Counted from the stretch's first letter, positions 42,316 to 50,984 are shown. The stretch: 64,000 nt of DNA from Prevotellaceae bacterium UBA4336 (GCA_002394305.1 DGTM01000011.1:60778-124777), one strand, 5' to 3'. Notes: generated by a model not told the origin, from the sequence alone. Numbers and translations: made by a program.

Positions 42316-45300
42316 TTACTTCAATACCTTCTTCGTTGTGCCGTCAGCATTCTGGATGATGTTCACACCCTTCTTCATGCCGTTCATCATGCGTCCGCCC
42401 AGGTCATAGACCTTCTGCTTGAGCGACTGCATGGCAGCCATGATGTCGATGCCGGTAGCCTCGCCGCCGTTGCCGATAGCGAATGCATGAGTATTGGCAT
42501 AGATGTCGGAGAAGAGGATGTTCAGCATCTCTACGCTGCCGCCCTGGAAGTTGGCATCGGTCTGAACGTCGATGTAGAGCACAGCGCCTTCGTTTCCGCT
42601 GAAGGTCTCGCCCTTGATGGACGAAGCCAGCAGGCGGATGCTGCCGTCCTCCTGTGCGTGGCTATAGAGCTTGTGGCTCTGTCCGGCGCGGTCGCTCAGG
42701 CTCTGGCCTACGATGGTCATACCCTCGGGCAGAAGCACGTCGAGCTGGAAGGCGGTGTAGTCCTCTGTGTTCTGCAGGTTGATGGCGTAGCGCTGTACGC
42801 CCTGCTGCATCGGAGTGATGTCCATCGACATACTCTCGCTCTGAGAGCGGAAGCCCTTCACGGCAGCATAGCCGTCTGCCCATTCCTTGTTCAGGATGTA
42901 GTTGACGATGGCAGTCAGGTCGCCCACCTCGATAGCCGAGTTCTGGTTGATGTCGAGGTTTGCGAAGAGGTTGGTCCCTTCAGTTGGCATCGCGTTCTTA
43001 CCGAGAATCATGTTCAATACTATCTGGTAGTCGGCCACGGTCACACCGTTTTCACCATTGGCATCGCCGAGCAGACCCATGTTGTCAACAGCATCGTTGA
43101 GATCCGCAATCTCATTCTTGATGTTTCCAACGGTCTTCATCTGGCTTGCGTAGTCAGCATCGCTGGTGATGCCCCATGTCCTTACGCCATTCTCATTATA
43201 ATAATAATGGTTGGTGTGAGAGGCTGTGATGGCAATGCCGAGGTTGGTAATTTCACCGTTAATGGCAGTATACTGTTCCAGCATCCCATCCCACAGTGTC
43301 CTGGAGTACTTCTGAGCATGCTCATGACTGAATTGGTCGAGGGCCTTGTCGAGAAGCTCGCCAAGATTGTCCTTCTGTGCTGTCAACTCATAGTATGCAG
43401 AGTCGTCTAGATAACCCTGGATGGTTGTCTGGATGGTTGTCTTAGTAGTGTTGACAAAGTAAGTGTTCAAGTTGCTTGAAGCGTTCAATTCAACATTGCT
43501 GTTAGCATTATTGAGGTTGTTGTTTGCAACGTTGATGTTATACTGAACACCGCCATTGAGATAACCATACCAGTAGGACTCAATCCTGGATATGTAGGTG
43601 TTGTTAGCATACTCGTATGCATAGACCTTATCTTTGGCTGCATCCACAAGGTCTTGCAGCCCTTGTAGCTCATCGCTGAGTCTAGCGTAAGCTGCCGTGT
43701 TGGCATCGAACTGAGCCTGACGATCGTTAATCTCTTTGACAACAGGATCAAGGGCAGTCTTGATGTTCGTGATTTGCTCCTGATACTGCTTCTTGAAGAA
43801 TGCAATGTTAGGTTCGTTCTTGACCTCTTCCTTCAGTCCAGCAATTTGGGTGCTAATCTCTTCAATCCACTGCTCGAGCGTCTTGCCTTTGAACATCCGC
43901 TGCTTAACCCAATCGGCCTTGCCTTCCAGCGTGGCTGAAGTTGCCAGAGTGTCAAGCTGCGTCTGGAAGTTGGCGAGTACTTCGGCATTGGCTGTGCTTT
44001 CATTTGCCTGCAGCAGTTCGCTCTCCAGGTCGGCGATCTTGTCTTGCAGGGCAATCAGGTTCTCTGTGGCGGCAACAATCTCGTCGAACTGGATGCCGTC
44101 GGCGGGATCGTCGAGGTCGGCGATGGCAGCATTCGTAAGTGCTGTCTCATACTCATCAATCTTGGCCTTGAAAGCGTTTGCCGTGTCGTCGAGACCCTTG
44201 GCAGCAACGTATGCGTTGTACTGGTTCTTCAGCTCGGCGATGTCAGCATTCAGACCAGTCTTCTCTGTGTTAAAGGCTTTGGTCAGAGTTTCCTCGATAT
44301 TTGTGCTGAGTGTTGTTACGCGGTTCAGGAGTGCTGTCTTGTTTGCAACAGCAGAACCATGTGTCTTGTAGTAATCAGCATCGCTATTGATGCTTGCGAG
44401 TTCTAACTCGTATGTAGCGAACGATGTTGCATACTTATAGGGAGCTGCTGCATCCATAGCTTCTTTCAGCTTCTCACCCACGGGTGCAATCTTTGCTGTC
44501 ATTTCATTGTAAGCAGCAGTGTTAGCTTCGTCACTGGCAAATGCTTTCTCAACATACGTCTTGATTTCGTTGGCCTGAGTTATGAAGTAACTGAGGTAAT
44601 TGTCGACGTATTCGTTGTGATTTGAGAAATTGTAAGTACCGGGACGATTCTTAATATACGTTACGTACCAGTATTCATCCTCAAGATTGTTCAACTGTTC
44701 ACTAACACCATAAACATCATCTGCAATGCTTACAGATTCGAGGTAAGTCTTCACTTCGGTGTGCTTGTCTTCAGCATCAGCAATCCACAGGTTGATGTCC
44801 TTCACTGCGGCAGCATTCTTGTCTGCGGTCAGCATAGCGTCGATGTGCTCAAGGCCGTTAATAGCGGCTTCCACATCGGAGAGTGTCATAGACTGTACAC
44901 CGGCATCGCCATTTGCAATCAGGTCTGTCACATCCTTGAAGGCATCTGTCTTGGCACCGTCCTTGTAGCTGTTGATTGCAGCCTCGGCTAGAGTTACCTT
45001 GGTGGCGAACCCTTCCTTCTTCGGAGTCCAATAATCTCCAATTGCCGTCTTGACATTCTCCTTGAACGTGTTGAGTTTGTTTGTGATATTTGTAACGATT
45101 GTAGCGGCTCTGGTGTTGAAGCCAGATACATCGAATACGTCAGGACTCATGGTGTTAGCGTAGGCTTCGCCTTCTTCGTTTCTCAACGTTTCAATATCGG
45201 TCGGACAGTTGTAGAGTGCAACGTCGAGATCAGCTGCAGCATCCGTGATGAGGCCTTCAATCTCTGCATTGGTAGAGCTGTACTTGGCACGATCCTGAAC

Positions 45301-48300
45301 GGCGTCCAGATAAGCTTGGTTAGCCAAGCCGATGGCGGTATTGAAGGATTTGTGAGCAGCTTCGTTGTCGGCAGCTATGGCTTCGTCGTAACCTTCGCTC
45401 CATTGTGCCTTCACATCGTTGATGCTGGCTTCGATGGCTGCGAAGTCCTTGGCCTCTGCTACAGACTTGCCAATCAGGTAGTTTGCCTCTACTGCTTCGG
45501 TTGCCTCCGTGAGCGTTACCTGGATAGCATCGAGCTGGTCGGTCCACTCTTGAACCTTAGAGCTCTTGTCCCTTGCAGCAATCTCGGTGAAGGTGTTGTT
45601 CCACAGGGTCTGTGCGTGCTGGTAGGCAGCCTTCTGCTCGTCGTACTTCGCCTTGTTGGCCTTGCTATCGGTGTAAATGGCTTTCACCTTATTGATGAGC
45701 TCGGTAATCTCTGCCTCGAATCTGCTCTTTGTGCTTACAGCTGTGCGTGCATTCAAGGAAGCCTGCATGTTAGTGAGGATGTCGGCCTTGTCATTGATGT
45801 ACTGAGTCTTGAGGCCCTGATAGTAGGGCATTGCACCTTCGCCCATGACGGCTGCGACAATCGTGATAGAATCGGGCCGCAGATTATTATCCCAGTTGCC
45901 CTTCAGTGCCATGTAAGCCTTCCAGTTGTCGCTTTCTGCGGCAGCCTCAGCCTTCAGGGCGTTGATGGCAGCAGTGATAGCGGAGATAGAGTAGGTCTTC
46001 TTATTATCACCTTCACCCACCGTGATGCTGTTGTCCTTCCATTCGTCGAACAGTTTTTCGACAGCTGCGGAGGCAGTGATAGCGTTGCTCATGGCTGCGA
46101 TGTCGGCATCGATGGCAGCCTTCTTTGCGGTGTAGGTCTTGTCTGCTTCCAATCCAGTCTCGAATACCTTCCAGTTTGCAGGGTCTGTCTTCTTGGCTAT
46201 ATCGTCTTCACTTTCGGCCTTGGCATTCGTTACGTTGTCCAGGTTCTTCAGTGTGTTTAGCTCAGCGGTCTGCAGGTTCGAGACGGCCGTGTTGGCAGCG
46301 GTCAGGGTTGCTGCATTGTTCTCAACAGCGGTCTTGATGCCGGGAGCATCATTTACTTGTTTCTGGAATCTTTCATTCAGAGCGGTGTACTGGTTGGTGT
46401 AGCCGGGAGTCTCCGTGCTGGCGTTGTTATACTTGCCAAGCTGGTCGTTCTCGTGGTAGGTTACCTTCTTCACTTCGAATTTGACACCTTCCTTGTTGGC
46501 GCTGACTTTCAGTGTGCCGTCGGTAACGAATACACCTTCCAGTGTGACTTCGCCAGTTGCGGTACCAGCTGCTTCTGTGGCGTTGGCTTTAATCTTGCCT
46601 CCTTCTGCTGCTGCAGTAATATCTACAACAACGACGTATACGCCGTTAGCCAGGTTGCTGTATTCGTTGCCAGCCACCGTGATTTCGACAGGTTTCCATG
46701 CTTTAGGCTCAACTTCACCGTTGGCGGTCTTGAGGGTGCCGAGTTTGGTTTCAATATCGTTTACCTCTGTGGTTACGCTGCCGCCAGCCTTACCACGAAG
46801 ACCGAGTGTGGAATCGTCCTCACCAACCTTATAGGTAGTCTTGAATGTGCCAATACTCGTCTGCAGGCCATTGATGCTGGCCGCAAGCGTTGTCTTTGCA
46901 TTGGTGTTTGCTGCGACTTTAGCCTTGACTGCGTCTGCAGCGGCTACGAGTGCAGCCTGCTCTGCCTTGAGGCTTGTGATTCTCTCACCCAGCGCCTGGA
47001 TTGTTTCGGGGGCATTTTCGGCATTGACATCGATGGCCTCCCAATCGCTGTTGATCTGGGCTAATTTGCTATCGATGGTTGCCTTTGCGTTGGCAAAGAA
47101 ATAATAATCGACACCAAGTACGGCATCGGTTGCTTCTAAATCATCGATGCTCCTTTGGATAGAGTCTCGGTCAGCTGTGAGCTGATCCTTGTCGTACTGG
47201 TTCTGGTTTGCCTTTGCGCCGGCAATCAGGTCTGTTACATCCTGAATGAAATTGTCGTCGGCAGCAACAGCCTGCATGGCAGCCCAATGCTCTGCGCCCC
47301 TCTTCTCCTGAGCGGCAGCGATGGCCTTCTTGATTTCGTTGATACGCTTCTGCAGGAGGTCGAGCTTTGTTTCATAGTCGTAATCTGCGGCAGTGTAGAT
47401 GTCAAGACCCTTTATCTTTTCGCGTACCTTATTAAGAGTATCCTGATATTCTGCGATGTCATCCTGACGCTTGTCGTAGTTCTCAACAGCCAGGGGAGCG
47501 TTGGTCTTGTAGTCGTTGATGGCAGCGGTGATAGGTGCAGTCTTGGCTGCCAAGCCGTTGTTGTAGTTTTGGGCAGTACCCGTGCCGTCAGCCTTATAGG
47601 CAGCAGCTGCATCTGTGGTAAGCTTGTTGATGGCATCCTGCTGTGTTTTGAGGTAGTCTGCATAGTAGTCGGCGGGCTTGTATTCTCCGTCCTTGGAGTT
47701 CTTTTTGTTTACATCCGTCACGGCATCGTCCTTTGCCTTCTGTACGACAGCGATGGCCGCTGTGGTAGCTTTGTTGGCATTGAACTCTGCGTTGGCTGTC
47801 GATACCTTGCCTGCCAATGTGGTGATTTTGCTATTGGCATTATTATAGTCTGTTGTAAAGTCGGCGTTGTCGTTGAGTGACAATTGCTCAGCTTTGTTGT
47901 AGACAGCTTCTACCTTTGCTTTGACTTTATTGATGGCTTCGCTTGCTGCAGCACGATCAGTTGCAAAGGCAGCAGAGATGGCATCATTGTTGTCTGCGTA
48001 GGTCACAGCACTGAGGGCGCCCTCCAAAGCTGTTACCTTGTCAGCCAGAGCCTGATACTTGTCCTTGTTGTTCTGAGCCTGTGTCTTGTAGTCGTCGACG
48101 ATAGTGTTCAAGTCTGTCTCTGTGGGAATCTTGCCCAAGTTCGCTGTCTTGTCCGCTACTGCAGTGCCTGCCTCGTAGGAAGCATAGCTGGCAGATGTTG
48201 CTTCGGTTATCTTCTTGTTGATTTCATCATTCAGCTTAGCCTTGGCTCCGTTGAGGAGGTAACCTGCAGCGTCGACGAGGACACCTTCCAGTTCGGTAAC

Positions 48301-49020
48301 GGCGGCATTGTACTTAGCCTTGATTGCTGTGATTTCTGCGTTGACGTCGCTGTATGCCTTCTCGTTCTGGTTGCTGGCGATAGTGGCGGCAAGGTTGGCA
48401 ATGTCATCATCGTAAGTAGTCTTCTTGCTGTCGAGGTTGTAGAGCTTTTTTTCCTTATAGGTAAGGTACTTCTCCTCGATTTCAGTGTTAATTTTCCCAA
48501 CCAGTTTGTCAACAGCAGTCGCATCGTCCGTGCTATTGTATGAGTAGACAGGGATATTCACTGTCTTCAGGTCATTTGCACGGCCAACGAGTGTTGTCTT
48601 GGCATTGTTAAAATCGAAGTCGAGGCTCAGCACGGGAGCGGTGAACGAGTATGCGGAACCAGCTTCGCCGGGATCACTGCTTGTGAAGGAGAGCTTGACA
48701 TCCTTCGTTTCGGTGAGTGTGAACTCGAGCTCTACAGCTTGTGCTCCACTGGCATTTGTTATCTCCTTCTTTGTGCCGCCAATTTCCACCGTGACATTGT
48801 AGACCTTTGTGGTGAGCGAGCATGTAAGTTTATAGTTGCCTGGCAATAACTGCGGAATGGTGTATTCTGCAGCTGAGCCGTTGGAGGAAATTGTTCCGTC
48901 GACAACCGTCAGACCCGTACCTTCCCAATTGGTGAGTTGGGCAGCCTGGACAACAGCTGCTTCAGCTCCGAGGGGCAGAGCAGCAAGTCCCATCATTGAG
49001 TAAAGAACTTTTTGATTCAT
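42316..49020 (-). CDS. Giant (2,234-aa) secreted protein: N-terminal beta domain, ~1,900 aa of Ala/Asn/Lys/Asp/Thr-rich helical (coiled-coil-like) sequence with one internal beta domain, a dockerin-like segment, a cohesin-like module, and a short T9SS-type tail
   Basis: It has an ATG start and the signal peptide MNQKVLYSMMGLAALPLGAEA. The dockerin-like GDANGENGVTVADYQIVLNMIL...ANLDINQNSAIEVGDLTAIVNYIL lies at 42889-43068. The cohesin-like MDITPMQQGVQRYAINLQNTEDYTAFQLDVLLPEGMTIV... lies at about 42454-42834. The tail is KVYDLGGRMMNGMKKGVNIIQNADGTTKKVLK. Confidence 0.7.
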   Translation of the reverse strand: MNQKVLYSMMGLAALPLGAEAAVVQAAQLTNWEGTGLTVVDGTISSNGSAAEYTIPQLLPGNYKLTCSLTTKVYNVTVEIGGTKKEITNASGAQAVELEFTLTETKDVKLSFTSSDPGEAGSAYSFTAPVLSLDFDFNNAKTTLVGRANDLKTVNIPVYSYNSTDDATAVDKLVGKINTEIEEKYLTYKEKKLYNLDSKKTTYDDDIANLAATIASNQNEKAYSDVNAEITAIKAKYNAAVTELEGVLVDAAGYLLNGAKAKLNDEINKKITEATSASYASYEAGTAVADKTANLGKIPTETDLNTIVDDYKTQAQNNKDKYQALADKVTALEGALSAVTYADNNDAISAAFATDRAAASEAINKVKAKVEAVYNKAEQLSLNDNADFTTDYNNANSKITTLAGKVSTANAEFNANKATTAAIAVVQKAKDDAVTDVNKKNSKDGEYKPADYYADYLKTQQDAINKLTTDAAAAYKADGTGTAQNYNNGLAAKTAPITAAINDYKTNAPLAVENYDKRQDDIAEYQDTLNKVREKIKGLDIYTAADYDYETKLDLLQKRINEIKKAIAAAQEKRGAEHWAAMQAVAADDNFIQDVTDLIAGAKANQNQYDKDQLTADRDSIQRSIDDLEATDAVLGVDYYFFANAKATIDSKLAQINSDWEAIDVNAENAPETIQALGERITSLKAEQAALVAAADAVKAKVAANTNAKTTLAASINGLQTSIGTFKTTYKVGEDDSTLGLRGKAGGSVTTEVNDIETKLGTLKTANGEVEPKAWKPVEITVAGNEYSNLANGVYVVVVDITAAAEGGKIKANATEAAGTATGEVTLEGVFVTDGTLKVSANKEGVKFEVKKVTYHENDQLGKYNNASTETPGYTNQYTALNERFQKQVNDAPGIKTAVENNAATLTAANTAVSNLQTAELNTLKNLDNVTNAKAESEDDIAKKTDPANWKVFETGLEADKTYTAKKAAIDADIAAMSNAITASAAVEKLFDEWKDNSITVGEGDNKKTYSISAITAAINALKAEAAAESDNWKAYMALKGNWDNNLRPDSITIVAAVMGEGAMPYYQGLKTQYINDKADILTNMQASLNARTAVSTKSRFEAEITELINKVKAIYTDSKANKAKYDEQKAAYQHAQTLWNNTFTEIAARDKSSKVQEWTDQLDAIQVTLTEATEAVEANYLIGKSVAEAKDFAAIEASINDVKAQWSEGYDEAIAADNEAAHKSFNTAIGLANQAYLDAVQDRAKYSSTNAEIEGLITDAAADLDVALYNCPTDIETLRNEEGEAYANTMSPDVFDVSGFNTRAATIVTNITNKLNTFKENVKTAIGDYWTPKKEGFATKVTLAEAAINSYKDGAKTDAFKDVTDLIANGDAGVQSMTLSDVEAAINGLEHIDAMLTADKNAAAVKDINLWIADAEDKHTEVKTYLESVSIADDVYGVSEQLNNLEDEYWYVTYIKNRPGTYNFSNHNEYVDNYLSYFITQANEIKTYVEKAFASDEANTAAYNEMTAKIAPVGEKLKEAMDAAAPYKYATSFATYELELASINSDADYYKTHGSAVANKTALLNRVTTLSTNIEETLTKAFNTEKTGLNADIAELKNQYNAYVAAKGLDDTANAFKAKIDEYETALTNAAIADLDDPADGIQFDEIVAATENLIALQDKIADLESELLQANESTANAEVLANFQTQLDTLATSATLEGKADWVKQRMFKGKTLEQWIEEISTQIAGLKEEVKNEPNIAFFKKQYQEQITNIKTALDPVVKEINDRQAQFDANTAAYARLSDELQGLQDLVDAAKDKVYAYEYANNTYISRIESYWYGYLNGGVQYNINVANNNLNNANSNVELNASSNLNTYFVNTTKTTIQTTIQGYLDDSAYYELTAQKDNLGELLDKALDQFSHEHAQKYSRTLWDGMLEQYTAINGEITNLGIAITASHTNHYYYNENGVRTWGITSDADYASQMKTVGNIKNEIADLNDAVDNMGLLGDANGENGVTVADYQIVLNMILGKNAMPTEGTNLFANLDINQNSAIEVGDLTAIVNYILNKEWADGYAAVKGFRSQSESMSMDITPMQQGVQRYAINLQNTEDYTAFQLDVLLPEGMTIVGQSLSDRAGQSHKLYSHAQEDGSIRLLASSIKGETFSGNEGAVLYIDVQTDANFQGGSVEMLNILFSDIYANTHAFAIGNGGEATGIDIMAAMQSLKQKVYDLGGRMMNGMKKGVNIIQNADGTTKKVLK

Positions 49021-49152
49021 AGTAAGTTTCTTTAAAGGTTAGTATTATTTGTTTATTCTCTTTTGTCGAGTTTGTCTGTTTCGTTCTCTTACATTATTAT
49101 TATATATAGTGTGCAGTGCATAATCTGCCCATAATTTCTGTAGTATTCTTGG

Positions 49153-49160
49153 CAAAGGTA
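49153..49160 (-). promoter_or_regulatory. -7 box (TACCTTTG) for the giant-protein operon
   Basis: The reverse complement of caaaggta lies 133 nt upstream of the ATG at 49020, in the 247-bp gap after the kinase gene. Confidence 0.55.
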
Positions 49161-49220
49161 CGAGTTTTTGATAATACGTCGTGTCGGGGAAAAGGCTTTG
49201 TTTCTGAACCCTTCGGTTTT

Positions 49221-49252
49221 GGGGTACGAATTGCCGGGGACGGCGTACGAGT
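49221..49252 (-). promoter_or_regulatory. Two 11-bp direct repeats (GG[GC]GTACGA[AG]T) 21 bp apart, a candidate LytTR operator. A third copy overlaps the -7 box (49155-49165).
   Basis: The copies are ggggtacgaat (49221-49231), ggcgtacgagt (49242-49252) and aaggtacgagt (49155-49165). Spacings are 21 and 66 bp. They lie upstream of the operon promoter, next to a LytTR gene. Confidence 0.3.
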
Positions 49253-49266
49253 GCAAAAGTGGGTCC

Positions 49267-50088
49267 TCAGGCTTTGTTTCTGAGGCTGTTGGCCTGTGTT
49301 TTGAGCGGAAGGACGAGGGAGACGGCGTAGGCTTCGGGGGTGTTGTGAATGTCGAGCGAATAGTTGAGGCCATAGAGTGTGTCGAGGCGCTGCCGGACGT
49401 CGTTGATGCCCAGGCCGTCGGTGCGTCCGACGGGGCTGTCGGCGTTTGTGCCGCGGCAGAGGAACTGTAGCCGTTCGTCCTGGACCGACGCCTTTATCTC
49501 GATGGCAGCACTATGGTCCGCTCCGGTGCTGCGGCTGACGACGTCCTCGATGATGGCGAAGAGCACAAGCGGCGGTATCTGCCGGTCGGGGACGACGGGG
49601 AGTTCGAGTTCCACGCTGAATGTGTCGCCGAAGCGCAGCTTGAGGAGTGCGGTGTAGTGCCGGATGAAGTCGAGCTCGTAGTAGAGGTGGACGTAGGGCT
49701 GGTTGGCTTCGACGAGGACATAGTGCATCACCTTCGAGAACTCCCACGTGGCGTGCTTGGCTTTCTGCGGTGCGATGTCGGTCAGGGCGGCGTGTATGTG
49801 CCGGAGGGTGCTGGTGGAGATGCGCTCGATGTTGTGCAGCCGTTTGTTGTTGACGGGTATTTCCGGTGTGTCCTTTCTGTTTGTGCAGGCCAGGAACACC
49901 ATGACGAGGAGCACCAGTGCCAGGACGATGAATTCGATGAGGTCGGGTGCGGTAATGGTGCCACTGGCGGTGTGCATGTGAATCTTCAGCACGAAGGCGG
50001 CAAAGAGCAGGCCCCATGCTGTCAGGAAAAGCAGGTTCTTCAGTCTGAAAAGCTTCATCTGTGTCGGTTTGGCTTGGTTCGTAGACAT
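49267..50088 (-). CDS. LytS/YehU-type (His_kinase plus HATPase) membrane sensor kinase, short and divergent
   Basis: The preferred start is MSTNQAKPTQMKLFRL... An in-frame ATG at 50190 would overlap the LytTR gene by 23 nt. It has two TM segments. YELDFIRHYTALLKLRFGDTF...IPPLVLFAIIEDVV and TDGLGINDVRQRLDTLYG fit PF06580-type kinases. The usual NPHFLFN H-box is replaced by STSTLRHIHAAL. Confidence 0.6.
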   Translation of the reverse strand: MSTNQAKPTQMKLFRLKNLLFLTAWGLLFAAFVLKIHMHTASGTITAPDLIEFIVLALVLLVMVFLACTNRKDTPEIPVNNKRLHNIERISTSTLRHIHAALTDIAPQKAKHATWEFSKVMHYVLVEANQPYVHLYYELDFIRHYTALLKLRFGDTFSVELELPVVPDRQIPPLVLFAIIEDVVSRSTGADHSAAIEIKASVQDERLQFLCRGTNADSPVGRTDGLGINDVRQRLDTLYGLNYSLDIHNTPEAYAVSLVLPLKTQANSLRNKA

Positions 50089-50167
50089 TTTGAGGGCAAA
50101 GCTACGCCTTTTTTGCGAGACGCAGCTCTTTGCCTTGCCGGATGTCTCCGAAAGGTGTGGTTTGTCG

Positions 50168-50557
50168 TTACGAAATGTTGCGCACGGCATACGAATCCTC
50201 AGCGAGCCTTTCGGAGATTTGCTCCTTGAGGTTTTTGAGGAGGAACTTCGAGACGGGGATTGACGTTGGCGGAGTCGTCTTGAAGATGATTTTCTGCAGT
50301 TTCATGCTGAGCACCTCGACGTGTGTGGTGTTGACCAACAGGCTTCGCCCCACGTGTACAAAGGGGTTGCGGATGTTCCTCTGCGAAGTCATCTCGGCGA
50401 TTTGCGACTCGAGGAAGGAGATGTTCATCAGTTCGCTTTTCACCCGCCCGTCGGTGTAGACGAAGTCGGTGTAGTTGTGGCTTGCCCTGAGGTAGAGCAC
50501 TTCAGAGAGGTTGATGATGCGGAGCTCATCGCGCGACTCAATAAATATCTTCATCAT
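50168..50557 (-). CDS. Stand-alone LytTR DNA-binding domain protein (no receiver domain)
   Basis: From the ATG at 50557 the protein reads MMKIFIESRDELRIINLSEVLYLRASHNYTDFVYTDGRVKSELMNISFLE...FVHVGRSLLVNTTHV, a LytTR pattern. The 73 extra residues in the track ORF are not receiver-like. Confidence 0.65.
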   Translation of the reverse strand: MMKIFIESRDELRIINLSEVLYLRASHNYTDFVYTDGRVKSELMNISFLESQIAEMTSQRNIRNPFVHVGRSLLVNTTHVEVLSMKLQKIIFKTTPPTSIPVSKFLLKNLKEQISERLAEDSYAVRNIS

Positions 50558-50984
50558 AAGCGGGACAATGTTTTCTTTGACTTGCTGTGGACAGATACAA
50601 AAAAAGCGTGGGTCTCTTCTGTTCCAGTTGCCCGTTCCGCTGCAAAAGGCTCTCGCATTGCCCATCAAGTCTGAACGAGCAACGCCGAAGCCCACGCGAA
50701 AGATATGCCAACACATCAACAGCAACGCACGTACCTTCTGTAGGGAGAAAGGTACTGCGTGCGGAGATATCAACATATTTCCACATAGGTCATCTACCGT
50801 TGCTTTGTCTCGGACTTGATTGTGAATTTGCGAGATTCTTTGCAGCCTAAGAACAAAGCGCCTGTGTAAACGCCTTTCTGTATATGTGCCCCACCGTCCC
50901 GGCTTCTGCTGACAGGCGTCATCGAGGCTTCGGGGCCGGATGGTTTGGCCTGTTCTTGCTTCCGCAGGAATGGTGACGACGTTG

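Noticed and set aside
42316-49020. The giant ORF as a phage tail fibre or tape-measure protein, or as an RTX/MSCRAMM-type adhesin.
   Set aside because: No phage, integrase or type I secretion genes flank it. It has a Sec signal peptide and a T9SS-type tail. It has no Gly-rich nonapeptide RTX repeats and no LPXTG motif. Its partners carry cohesin- and dockerin-like modules.
50558-50776. An N-terminal 73-residue extension of the LytTR ORF as given in the track, which might have hidden a receiver domain.
   Set aside because: The sequence (MLISPHAVPFSLQKVRALLLMCWHIFRVGF...) is too short and has none of the D-D...D...T...K receiver landmarks. The LytTR domain starts cleanly at MMKIF (50557).
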